37,494 bases of DNA from Mesotaenium endlicherianum. Taxonomy: Eukaryota. The stretch is taken from contig WELA01001736.1 of NCBI GenBank assembly GCA_009602735.1, forward strand, positions 298,748 to 336,241. The letters run 5' to 3'. The notes beneath the pieces are model-generated. The model did not search any database and was not told the origin of the DNA. It worked only from the letters and a program-made list of their open reading frames with translations. The position numbers and the translations under genes were made by a program. This document shows, piece after piece, positions 22,850 to 36,200 of the stretch; the stretch's first letter is position 1, and each line of letters starts with the position of its first letter.

Positions 22850-23190
22850 GGGCATCACTCGGGAGTCGGCATGACTAGGCAGCAACTAGCGGGCAACGAG
22901 GCATATCACTGAGAGCAACTGAGAGGGCCAGAGAGGGCAGTGCACGCACTCAGCATGCATCAGCATGCATCAGCTTGTCCCAGCTTGCCCCAAATTGCCC
23001 CGGCATGCTCCGGCTTGACCAGGACTCCCCACTCCCACCCGCTCCAGACCACTCCAGACCATTCCAGTCTAATTACCGCGATCCGTAGTGACCTCTAGGC
23101 TTGTCCAGGCTCTGCCCCGAGCAGCTCCGAATCCTACCTAGAACCTGTCTAGAGACTCTAGACCGAATGCCTCCCACCGCTACTCATCAA
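22850..23190. repeat. Drifting 10-bp-period array
   Basis: cagcatgcat cagcatgcat cagcttgtcc cagcttgccc caaattgccc cggcatgctc cggcttgacc ... gctccagacc actccagacc attccagtct. Confidence 0.7.
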
Positions 23191-23304
23191 CTCCCTCACT
23201 TAACGACGGCATTCCGTGGCTGTCCACGGTGTTCCACAGGTACTCCACAACTGGGATTATCTAAGCGTGCGTTGCTGGTGCCTGTAGGCTGCACCCCCCC
23301 CCCC

Positions 23305-23515
23305 NNNNNNNNNNNNNNNNNNNNNNNNNNNNNNNNNNNNNNNNNNNNNNNNNNNNNNNNNNNNNNNNNNNNNNNNNNNNNNNNNNNNNNNNNNNNNNNN
23401 NNNNNNNNNNNNNNNNNNNNNNNNNNNNNNNNNNNNNNNNNNNNNNNNNNNNNNNNNNNNNNNNNNNNNNNNNNNNNNNNNNNNNNNNNNNNNNNNNNNN
23501 NNNNNNNNNNNNNNN
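23305..23515. other. Assembly gap
   Basis: N run. Confidence 1.
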
Positions 23516-24290
23516 CCCCCCCCCCCCCCCCCATTCAACTCATCTTATAGCAATTAAAGGTCCACAAGGCAACTTGAAGCTGCCAAGACACGCTTGTCGG
23601 ATGATGTCGGGCAATGACGGGTGATGTCTTTATGATATAGAGCGATGTGAAGGTGTACGGAATTGCATTAAATTGCATCAACAAGTACCGGTACTGACCG
23701 TCACTGTACCTCACCTGCAGTGAGCTGCCAACTTTTGCCAGTCTCTCAACCAATGAGACAGAAGGGATGGGCACTTTTCATTGCCACTCTTGGAGCCTGT
23801 GCGGAACACAAGTTTATCCAGCTTGAATCCAGCCTGCGTGCTCTTAATTGAGCACTCCTGCTTCAACAACGGAACAAACAAGCACCTCCAAGTCGCTTCT
23901 GAGCACTCAAAAGTATCCTACTACTCCTGATAGAATGCTACTGAAGATCTTTGTAGCCGCAGTTAAAAGGAAGATTGCCTGAATTCATAGCGCGAGTCAG
24001 GAACGAGCCTGACTTCGACCTCGTTCTGCATAATCTTCTATTTCTCCTTCATATGTACCTTTCCTCCAATTTTCTGGAATCTCAGCAATTTCATGTATAA
24101 TACGTTCTGTAAACCTCTCATTAATCTGAGATTGCAGTCGGAGAATACACCAGAAGAAGCCGCGTCTAAGGTCATCTCCAGCTGCCTATAAATGTTACAG
24201 TGCTGCCAGACCACGGCCGCTGATACAGCAAACCTCGTCTACACCTCTACCTGCAATCAGAAGCATATAGTATTTGTGCAGAAAAAGCTC

Positions 24291-27200
24291 ATGGAGCCGA
24301 ATTCAGCTGGCAAGTCGAAGCTGGCCTTAAGCTCGCTTTCTTGGACAAGCTGCATTATACGACTGATGCTGGCCTCGCTGCTGCTTCTTCTCGTGACGAA
24401 GCCAGTAGCTGGTGCCACCTGTTTGAAGTCATATGTGCCTGGATACGCCTGCTCGTATCAGGCCACGGAGGGGTAAGTCAGCTCTGCTCGTGCACCTCTT
24501 AATCACGTTGAAGCTTATTCAACAGTAGCTTTTTGTGGATTGATCTGCTGGCTTAGCTGCATGCATGGTGACTTGCGAGACATTAATATGGACGATGGAT
24601 CATGAAGTTTAAGTGGGCCTAGCTCAAGGCTGAGCTCAATGAATGGGCTTGCTATGGCTTGCTACGACAAATTTTACAGCAGGCCACTGCATGCCTTAGT
24701 ATAGAGTGGAATTCGGCCCCGTCAGCTATTTTATGTCGGCAGGTCGATATGGGTCGATATGGGTCAATCGAAAAAAAGTCGATGTCACAATTTCGAAATG
24801 TGTGACATCTCAACCTCGATAGCCTAGAGTGCACACCTTGGCACTTATGTAGTGTCTTACAGGCAAAAACTGTGCACACATTATCTATATGATCGCCCAC
24901 CGTGGTGCAAACCAAGGGTCCTCATGTATTCATGGGTGGTGAAAGTTTAGGACGACGAGCAGCTGCTCCAGACATGCGCTCTCACTGCTCAAAATCTCTC
25001 ATTCGTTTACTAACAATGGTTTGTTATTACATTGGCTTCTCCGGACTGTCCCCCTGGCAGGCTATCAGTGCATTGGCTGAAGACCAACACGACTGTGGCA
25101 TTTGCCGTCCAGTCGTCAGTCAAGGGCTGGGTCGGCATCGGCTTCTCTCCAGATGGACGGATGGACAACAGCGATGCCGTGATCTGGGGCACTCCCGAGA
25201 GGAATGCCCCCCCCTTTCTGGGAGTTTATCAGCTCGTGGGGGGGGAGGAGCCTAACGCCCTCAACACAACCAGGTGCATAGAATATAGGGGCCTTGATGG
25301 TTGCGTACGACAGGGTAAAAGACAGGGCAATCTGACAAGAGTGTCATCTTCGTTATTATCTCAGAGTGATTTGTGTGTGTGTGTGTGTGTGTTCCTATCA
25401 GCACTTAGCAAGTCCAGGATGTGAGCAAAATGTATGAAACTTTCCCTCGTAACTTGTATATATAATTTGTAATATAATTTGTAATATATACTCCCTTCAT
25501 GCTGGACTTGTTCACCTGTGCAGACTCCCGGAGGCTGGAACCCTTTGCTTGTTTAGCACTCGAGCATCTCTTTGATCATGGAAATAAAGCGAAAGCTTCA
25601 GACTTTTTCTGTTTGTGACTTACTTCGTAAGACGGTCTTTTTTTTCCATTCAATATCTTTTGCGTACACACGGCAAGTCTTCCCACTGCGTGCCTGTGCA
25701 ACGATAAACACAACCTTTTTTTGGTCTCACATTGTCCGGCCGCAGTTTCCCTCTCATCAACGCCTCTGGAGAGACAGTGCTGTCGAACGGAGGAGAGAAC
25801 GTCACCACCTTCAAGTGGGTGCTCGATCCTGTCTCCACCATCCCTCTTGTTCGTGACGTGTCGTTTGTGTCATAATATACATACATACATCTGTGTATAT
25901 ATAATCATATTGTATACTATTGTACTACTTGAAAATCAAATAGAAACTCATAGTGTATACTATTATACTACTTGAAAATCAGATAGAAACTTTAGAATAT
26001 ACTCATGATACAGCTTTCTGTTGGCTGGTATGGCTTCTTTACCCACTTTGAATTCCTGACGGCGCCATCTTGGTTGGACCACTTTCATAGTTGTTTTGCA
26101 TAAGCTTTGAAGAAGTTGCGCGTGAGAGCTGTTTTCCCGCCATTTTATAATTGATTGTTAATGTTTGCACTTTCTTTTATTGTCTACTCAGCCTTGTCGA
26201 TTTGTCTGAAGCTCTGCTTTGTAGCTTGAGCTGTCGCTGTCACATATGCAGGGCTGTTGCGACCAGTCCGTTGCAAAAAAGCTTATTGAAGTTCAATTAT
26301 GGTCTGTTGGAGTCTATCAGCGTAGATAAAAATTTGTCAAAGATCTATACTGAGATCTATTGAAGCCCATAAAAGTCCGTACTAGTCTACTGATGATTGG
26401 ACTTTATTGAAGTTCTCTTGGAATCTATTGCAGTCCAATGAAAATATTCAAACCCTCCCTGCTCTGCTTTGCCTGAGCTGGAGGGGCTGAGTCATCAGAA
26501 GCTAGTGATCTGCTACACTAGCTCTTTTCTTTGATTTTCCTTGTTTTTCCACTCTTAGCTCATGTGGCTGATGCTGATGTGGCGTGCGCGTTGTGCGCTG
26601 GCATGTGCGCGGCAGATTTGAGCGGGAGATCAACGGGAGCAACGTGCGGCTCAATGCTGATGGGCCCAACTATCTGCTGTGGGCGTACGCTCGCACCGGC
26701 AGCTATCGGATCCGCCTCCATGGCGTCAATCGGTATACTATATACTTTATACTACGTACTTCTGCATATAAATATACTGCTGCATATCGATACGATACCC
26801 CTGCATGTATTTTACTCCTGCAGACAATTTATCATTGCATATGCTATTGCTTAAAGTATACTACTGCTTTCGGTATACTACTGCAGGCACTGCCCTTTAC
26901 TGCACATACTTTTGCATGTATTATAGCATTCACTATTGCATGTTGTATGGCATCTACCACATCATATCAAAAATCTTCGTGTCCTTTTCAAAGCATTTTT
27001 TTGTGATATATAGTCATATATAGTTGCAGTTGTAGATGCTATACAACATACATGTTGGAGGGCTGGAGGGCTGGAGGGCTCTTACTCACAGTTCGCATTC
27101 TTATCACATACAAAACGCAAGATCCTAGTCTGTCAAAAAAATACTATTCGCCCGCGAGTTGTCCTGACGGGCCGATACCCTTGCAGGCCTCTTGCTTGCG

Positions 27201-30200
27201 CTTTCAGACCCTTCACCCTCTCTTTAGTGCCTTCCAATTCTGCGAAATTATGTTTGCTCATCCTCAACGCTGACCTTCCTCTCTTTCCTTCTTCCTCCTT
27301 TGTTTGTGCCTCCTCTGCTGCTTCAATCAGGGGGAGGTTCCTCCTGGATTTTGGATCGCCAGCTGGCAAGGTCGTGGCGTCGGCCTTGCCGGAGATCAAC
27401 AAGTGTCGCCCCTCCAACCTGCCGGGGTACAGCTGCCAGATGGCGATGGGCGAGAGGTACGGCCTGCCACAAGGCGCTCTCAGCCCCACCCCAAGCAGGC
27501 CGCAATCTGCTTGGCCCCCCATGTTGATCTGTGCGAGCCTGATGGTCAGCTTCCCGGCATTGATTTTCCTTGTACTTGTTTCGATCATTTTGTTTGGTTT
27601 GTACTTCATCAATTTGTTTCACCAATTTTTCAAGTATCTTCTCGATCCTTTCTCTTCTTCTTGGTGCTCAAGATGCTTTCACCGCCTTCCGCCTGATGCT
27701 TCGAGCTTATGGTCTGGCTCCCAAGCCCGTACCGCTCGTCTCTGCCCGTGTGCGTCCATGCTTGCTCGCGCCCGCGCGTGCGCTCGCGTGCGTGCGTGCA
27801 TGCTCTTGCATGCCTGCTTACTCGCGCGTGTGCGTGCATGCTTGCTTGCGTGCGTGCCTGTGCGTGCATTCATACTTTTGTACTTGCTCGGCGCGCGCGC
27901 TTGTGAGCAGCCTCTCGCTCTATTGGCAGAGGAAGGCGGGCGGCGTGGCCATGGCAGTCCGTGCCGCTGTACAGGGCTGGGTGGGCGTCGCGTGGTCTGA
28001 GCGCGGCGGCATGGGCGAGTCCGACTCCATCATCTACGGCCTTCACGACAAGGCGCCCACCAACACGCAGCCCACCGTGGGGCGCTACATCCTCAACGGA
28101 GAGGACTCCGCCGACCCCGTCACCAAGTGGGCCCCTCTCGCTCTGCCTTGCTCGTGCCATGCAGTGTGTGCATACTTTCGATTGTATGCACAGATGCTTG
28201 TTATTTTTTGTATAAGGATGATCTTTCTCCCATCGCACAGTGCATGTTTACAAGTGTTATAGTCACGCATTGTAGACCTTCATATGTATTTAATATGTGC
28301 TTGTACTGTTTTTACTCCATATGTAAATCCGGTGTATGTAAGAGGTTGTCTATGATGCATTGGGTTACACATAAAATTAGTATTCACGTAGCTCTCAAAG
28401 TGAACCTTTGAGTTGCACGTATTGCTTGCTGCGTTTGCCTCGTCTGCCCAGGCACCCTGCAATTGCTTGCAGCGATGCTTCATTGTGCGGCACTGGTGTG
28501 GCCTGTTGCACATGCTGCTTTTTCTTGCTCGCTCACTTGTGCTTGCATGCATACACGTGTGTGTCCGTTTGTACGTGTGTGTCCCTTCGTGCGTGCGTGT
28601 GAGCAGCTTTTCCATGACGGGGGCGTCGGCCCTGGAGAGCAACGGCGAGAGCCTTTTCAGGTGGGGCTTCTTGGAGGCCCGCAGCTTAACAACAGTCCAC
28701 TCCTCACCTGCCCCTCCCCCCCCTTCCCCCTCCCCCTCCTTCACGCCTTCCGCTTTGCTCGCTTGCCCGTCACACTCTTACACCTTTGCTCCTCTCCGTC
28801 TGCTTGCCTTGGTGGTGCTCGTGCGCACGNCCGGGCAAATGGGTGTTTTTATGTTAATAGACGTGCACGGTCCATCTCCCGAGGCAAATTACCTGGTCTG
28901 AAGGCGATGGGGTGTTTCAACTCTGGCTCACTCTTGCGACTTACTGCGCCGAACATGTCCCGCCTCCCGCCTGCCGGCTGACACCGCCGCTTTCTCGTTC
29001 TCCGAATGTGCATCAGGTTCGAGCGCAAGATTGGCGACGGCGCGTGGCCCATCCAGGAGGAGGGCGGCCTCAACATGTTCCTGTGGGCGCACTCGGCCAT
29101 CAGATCTTACGTCATCGACGACCACCTGGGCTTTGAGTGAGGCTTCGCGCTCGCCCTTGCCCTCGCACTCTGGCCGGCTGTGACGAGGCGTGCGTGCGCA
29201 CCCGCGCCCCGTGCGTGCGTTTGTTTGTGCATTTGTGCGCGCGTACGCGCGCGCGTGTGCCCCGCGCGTGCGTGCTCTCTTTGGGCGTGCATGCTCATGG
29301 GCACGTGTGTGCTTGCGTGCGTTTGCGGGCGCGTGCGTGAGTGGGGGTGTGCGACCTTCCCGCTTCACATGTTCTTCATGCTTGATGTCGTCAACCCACC
29401 AGGTGGCGGACCCGTGGCTTCCGGCAGGTGCTTCTGCGGCAGTGTGCGCGCGCCATGCGCGCGTGCTGGCTCGCACATGCATGCGCGCGTGCGCGCGTGT
29501 GCGCATACTATTCTGCACACGTGTGTTCAGAGCATGCATTGACATCACGCAAAAGAATGCATCACATCATTCGTCGCGTTGTGTATCAATCCTCTTCTGC
29601 TGCCACATGTCATGATGCCCTGGCCTCCTGCCTTGCCTCTCGTAAGTCTCGCCTTTCCAGGACCCTTGCGCTTCTTCCATCTGGCCTTTCTAACCCCATG
29701 CAACCTTGCGTTCCTCTCTTTGTGTGCCTCTCTCTTCGTCCGTGCGGGTACCACCAGAGGGAGGTTCCCCCTGGAGCTGACGGCAGCGCCAGACGCAACG
29801 GTGAAGTGCGACAAGTCGTGGATTAGCGGCTACGATTGCGTCTACCAGGCCTCTGTCAAGTAAGCAGCCGCAGTGGCCCACCGGCATGCGACACTTGGCG
29901 CTGCTCCCACCCCAGGGGACAGGCCGCGCACTCGGAGCCCCCCCACTCCCTGTCAAAGGACTCCTCTTCTTTAATGACACTAACCTTCCGGCAATGACAT
30001 GCACTGTCTCGCTTGACAAGGAGTCATGACTTGTCAGACTACCTTTGTATTGCCACTTGTAGGGCTTCCATCGCCCTGCCACGGTCGCTCCACTCCCTCC
30101 TCCTGGTCTTCTCCTTCCCTTCTTCGTCCACTTAGAGCTGCACGGTGCACGCCTCCGTCCTTCGCCAGTTTATTGAATTTGTGAGCTCTTAATCAAGGCG

Positions 30201-33200
30201 ATTCAACGGCGTAATTCTATGCTTATCTGCACGGCATGTCACTCATGACATGACACATGGCACATGGCACATGCCACGTGCTTACTGTCACCCCCCCTCC
30301 CATCCACCTTTTTCCTGTTCCTCTCTCCGTGTGTGTCTCCCCGGCGTGTGTCTCCGGCGCGTGTGTCCACGTAGCAGCGTGATGCTCAATCCCCTGCCCC
30401 CCCCCCATCCACCTCACCCTTCTCCGCTCTCCGTGCTCTCCGTGTGTGTCCGTCTCTCGCGTGTGTGCACGTCCACATGGCAGCGTGACGGTGCACTGGA
30501 GGAAGAACAAGGACAGCGTGTCCTTTGCAATGCAGAGCCTGACCGTTGGATGGGCGGGCATCGCGTTCTCCGCGAGCGGGCGCATGAGCGGCAGCGAGGC
30601 CGTCATCTACGGCGATCCGGCGGGCAATACGGACCCGCGCGTGGGCGCGTACGTGCTGCAGCCCAAGGGCGTGAGCAACGAGACCAAGTCAGTTCGTCCC
30701 CCTCTTCCCCTCTTTTCCCTTCACCCATTCCCTATTTCCCCCTCTCCCATTTCCCCTCCCTTCATCACTCCCTTCTTCCCCCTTCCCCCCCCCCTCCTTC
30801 CCCCCTTTTCCCCTTCCCTTCTCCCTTCATTCCCATCACCCCTTTCTCTTTCCCCTATGCCCCCTCTCCCACCAGCCTCCCTCTTGTCCCCCCCTGTTTC
30901 TCTATTTGGGCACCTGCGCCTGCGCCTGCGCCTGCGTGTGCGCGCCTGGGATTGCAAATGCTGCATGCTCGCACAAGTTGCAGGACCGCGGGAGGAGATA
31001 GCCTCGCATGCAGGGATCACTTGCTTCCTCACCTGGTGGGGGTTGTGTGCCAGCGATGCTGCGTGCTTGCACCAGGTGCCAATCTTTTCCATCCGCGTGC
31101 GCTGCAGGCGCGCATGCGCGCGCGCGCCTGTGATCAACCACTGCCCGCGGTCCATCCTTTTGCGGCCGCTGCGACTTGGCTGGCGGGGGCCGTGATGTGG
31201 GCCAGCCAATGCAGAAGATAGCCGATGGACAGGTGGCCGCGAGGATTAGGTCTCGGTCCTTGGAGATTCGGACCTCTGACTGCCGGATGAGCCGGAGGAC
31301 ATGTGAATGCAGGTTTCAGCTCCTGAATGCCGTGGGAGCTGTCAACGCCAGCAATGCCAACGCCACGCTCTTTAGGTGGGTGCCTGAGTGAGCGACGCGC
31401 GTGCAATTTTTTTCTTCGCATGCTGGATGTGTGCAACAACCAGGAGTCTTGCTTGCATGCACCGACGGGAGTGCTACCAGCTGCCCCACCCCTGCTCATG
31501 ACGCGGACGAGAGCGGATGAGTGCCTCTGCATGAGCCGGACCTGATTTACTGATGCATCTGATTATACTCCTACACGCTATAATTTCAAAGCGCCTGATA
31601 TTGTAATGCACCTGATACACCATTTCAACAAATGATGTGCATATGAATATCCCCGACCAGATTGCTTCCGTGTTTTCTTTAAAGAGTTAGCTGGCCCTGG
31701 ATGCTGACGCAGCGTGCACTTGTGCTCTTCTCTGACGCGCCTGTCTGTTGTCTGCTCGTCAGATTCGAGCGCAAGTTTGGAGAGGGCGACGTGCCTCTGA
31801 AACCTTATGGAAAGAACTACATCATCTGGGCGGTGTCTCGCACCGGAAGATCGCGCATCGGCTACCACGGCTTGCAGAGGTCAGCCATGGATACAACACC
31901 CATCACGTGCTTCCTCTACTTGATTGCAACAGCATGACACCAGAAGAGAGCTGGTCGCTGGCGGCAGCAGCTGCTGACAGCTGGCAGTTTTCTTCGCTGC
32001 TTCCGATAAGCCCAGGGCTGTTTGTCGCAGTCTTTGGAGTCAACATGGCAATGACGGATTGGTCACTGTAGGTGTCATTGCATGAGCTCCTGGTAGAGTT
32101 TTTCGTGAATGCATGCGCGTGAGTGTGTTCATGTATGCGCGCGCCAGTGTGTGTGTCTGTGTCTGTGTGTGTGTGCTGTGTTGGGTGTGTGTAAATGTGT
32201 GTGAACAACTATTTTTTCACATGAATTTCAACGTATCGTAGTCTTATACATATAAACTCTCACGCTTGCACCAATAGATTTATGCTTACACACATAAATA
32301 TATACATATATATGTGTGTATATATGTGTATATATGTATCTGTGTACACAAATACTCATATGCTTACATGCCGACATATACCTATGTGTGTGTCCCCACA
32401 AGTTGATTTGTGTCCCATGTTGTAGGGGCCGCTTCACGCACGGAATGCATGTTGCAATAAATTTACACTTAATTTCATATGCACACAGTCTTACATGCAC
32501 ATTAGTATACAAACTTATTCTCTGCGTCTTATATTGCAGGGGCCGCTTCACGCTGGACTTTGGCGCGCCCGCGAGCGTTGCAGCAGCCGCGCCTCTGAGA
32601 GCCGACGTCAATCGATGCACGGCCTCCTCCCTGGCGGGCTTCAACTGCATGCTCCGCCTCAGCAGCACGTGAGGGAGACTTTGCCCTCTTCTCCCGTGCT
32701 TGCCTCTCTTGCTTGCCTCTTTGCTTGCCTGCCTGTGTGTGCCTGCGTGTGCCTGTGTCAGCAGGTGCTTGTCTGCAAGCGCATGCCACATCAATGATCT
32801 CCACACACGTCGTACGTGCTTGTGTGTGTGCGTGTGTGTGTGTGTGTGCGCGTGTGTGTGCGCGCGTGCAAACACGTGCATTTTTGTATGTGTATGTGTG
32901 CCAGAGCGTGCCTCCGGCCTTTGAGTGTGTGTGTATGTGTGTGCGTGTCTGCGTGTGTCCAAGCGCGTGTCCCTGTGCGTCAGCGTGTGCACGCACGCGC
33001 GTGTGCATGCGCGTGCACATCTCGCGTGTGTGCGTGTGGGTCCCCGCGCGCGCACGCATCCCACCACCCTCCAGCTTCAACCAGCACTTCCCCCAACATA
33101 CCTCACACTGTGCAATTGACTTCGGGCCTGTCTCCTGTGCCTCCGGGGTGCCTGCTTGCGCTGCTGCTGCCACACGACAGAGCCGTTCTCTACTGGCAGC

Positions 33201-36200
33201 GTCGAGTGGGGGGGCTGTCGCTAGCCCTGCAGACGTCTCTCAAGGGCTATTCGGGCATCGGCTGGTCCAAGAGGGGGGGAATGGGGGACTCAGACGCCGT
33301 CGTGTTTGGAACACTCGACACGGCCAAGGAGGGAGACGCTGGCGCGGCGACAGTTGGCACGTACTACTTGGACGGGGAGATCAGCGCCAACGCCACGGAT
33401 GCGTATGTGAACCCGCCCTTGCCCCACCGCCCTTTCCCCGCCCTTTCACCTTGTCTCTCCTGCTTTTATTTGCCCTCTCCCCTTTGTCCTTTCCCCTTTC
33501 CCCTTTCCCCTATCCCCTTTATCTTTCTCGCCTTGTCTTTCCCCTTTCTCTGCCCCCTAGCCCTTTCCTTATACTGGCGTTTGGGGTGCCAGCTGGCACA
33601 AGCCTGCAAGCTTCCCGGATTGCTGGGAGGCTGGCTCTTTGCCTTTTTTTTGCCTGATCTTGTTTGTTTTGCTATTTATCTTCTGTTTTTGGTTTCGTGC
33701 CTGGTTCCGATTCACTTGCAATGCTTTCTGTCCTTGCCTTTCCTTTACATTTTTTTTTGTGATTTTTCTGCACTTAGTCTTTGATTCCATCCTATCGTCT
33801 TCATCTTGCCAAGGTCTTTGCCTCAGAAATAGCAGACGGTGCCAGACTTACAAGGCAAGAAGGGGTCTGCGGGGTGCTGTGGTGTGTGTCTCTTGTGGGC
33901 GGGCGCGCAAGAGTTCAGCTTTGCAATTACAAATGCGTCCGCGACCTCCAGCGAGACTGAGACCCTATTCAGGTGCTGCTCCTCTTTCCCCTCCTCTTCA
34001 TCCTCCTCATCCTCCTCCTCCTTCTCCTCCTTTTCCTCCTCAGCCTCCTCCTCCCCCCCACCCCGCCCTCCTTCTCTCATCCTCTGATCCTCCCCCCCCN
34101 NNNNNNNNNNNNNNNNNNNNNNNNNNNNNNNNNNNNNNNNNNNNNNNNNNNNNNNNNNNNNNNNNNNNNNNNNNNNNNNNNNNNNNNNNNNNNNNNNNNN
34201 NNNNNNNNNNNNNNNNNNNNNNNNNNNNNNNNNNNNNNNNNNNNNNNNNNNNNNNNNNNNNNNNNNNNNNNNNNNNNNNNNNNNNNNNNNNNNNNNNNNN
34301 NNNNNNNNNNNNNNNNNNNNNNNNNNNNNNNNNNNNNNNNNNNNNNNNNNNNNNNNNNNNNNNNNNNNNNNNNNNNNNNNNNNNNNNNNNNNNNNNNNNN
34401 NNNNNNNNNNNNNNNNNNNNNNNNNNNNNNNNNNNNNNNNNNNNNNNNNNNNNNNNNNNNNNNNNNNNNNNNNNNNNNNNNNNNNNNNNNNNNNNNNNNN
34501 NNNNNNNNNNNNNNNNNNNNNNNNNNNNNNNNNNNNNNNNNNNNNNNNNNNNNNNNNNNNNNNNNNNNNNNCCCTCCCCCCTCTTCCTCCGCACCTCCAT
34601 GATCTTCCACAAGTGAACATCTTCTCATCAGTTACGTCATTCTCAATCATTCTCCATCGCGGGTCGTTCTCATGTACGGAGGTTTTTCATGGCTGCAGCT
34701 TCGACCGCTCCTACGACGGCAAGGGCGTGGTGCCCATGCGGGCCAACGAGCTCGACATGATGCTGTGGGCGGCCTCTGCGCGCGGATCCTTCCTCATCGA
34801 CGATCACCTGGACAACGAGTGAGTTGCGCTCTTGTCACGCGCACGCGCGCGGGCCTCGCTGGAGCGCGCTTTCTCGTGCTTTTGCTCCTGTCTGTAACCC
34901 CATATGCGAGGGCTGCTGCTGCGCGCTCGGCGAGGAGTGGGTGCGCTCGTCACGCGCGCTCTTGTTGGCCTTTAGGCTGTCGCGCGCTCCTCTCTCTTGT
35001 CTGCCTTCGCCTCACGGCACAGATGGAATACCAGAGCACGCTATCTCTCAACGCCAAAAATATCGGATGCTTGCTTGCAGACGCACATGTTCTGGAGTCC
35101 TCCAATTCCTCTTCCTCTCACATTATCGATTGTGACAAGGCCGCTTGTACGCTGAAGATTGTGCTCTTTGCCAAGGCCAGCTATTTGCAAAGATGGCGCA
35201 GTCAGCATGCGCTGAGGAAGCCTCGTCTGACTATGGCATTGACTCAGATTCGGACTCTGACTTTGACTTGACTCTGAATGTGACTTTGAGTTTGGGAAAG
35301 CCCTCGCTGACAGCTTATGTCATATGCTCCCTCCCCCTGTCTGGCTGGCTTGGCGTGGATGACGCAGGGGCCGATTTGCGATGGAGTTTACGTGGGGGCC
35401 CGACGTGGTGCACCCTTTCGAGATGCCAGGTGTCGACTCCGCGTGCACGCCCTCGTCGATCCCCGACCTGCAGTGCTCGCTCGCAGTCTCCGACACGTCA
35501 GTGGGCTCTCCCCCTCTCCCCCTCTTGCCCTCTTTTCCCTCTCTTCATCTCTCTCTTGTTATCGCCCGCTCTCCCTCCCTGCCCCTCTCTGCCCCTCTCT
35601 TCCCTCTCCCCCTCTCTCCATCTCTTCCTTTCTCCCCGTCTTGCTCTGTCCCTTTCTTTGTCACCCTATCTTGATTTCTCCTTCTCTTCCTTCTCCCTCC
35701 CACCCTCTTTCTCTTTCCCTCTCCCTCTCTTCCTGTCTCCCTCTTGCCTTTCCATTACTCTCGCTGTTCCTCTTGTTATTCTCTTCCAATCTCCCTGTCC
35801 CCCTGCCCCCCTCATTTTCCTGTCTTCCTCACTCCCTCCATCTGCACAAGCACTTCTACTCTGCAGGCGCCCTTGCACGGACAGGTTCGGTTCAATTCTA
35901 ATGTGTGCCACTCCTGGTTGCCCGCTTATAAGGCTCCAACTCAAGTTATGGCTTGCTGACCTGGCATGTGCGCAGGCTGACGCTACACTGGAAGCACATG
36001 GGGCCATCTGTCAAGCTGGCAGTGGAGGCCGTCAGCACCGGCTGGGTGTCCCTGGGCTGGTCCCCCGACGGAAAAATGGCTCCAAGGTGCGAACGCACAC
36101 TCTAAATTCTGAAAAAAACCCGAAATCTCAACCCTAAACTGTATACCCTAAACGCCCCTGTTTGCCTCTTCATCACGCCTCTATGGCAAGTCCGACTTGT

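Noticed and set aside
22850..23190. CRISPR-like or other spacer array
   Set aside because: No constant repeat with unique spacers; eukaryotic context with no cas genes.
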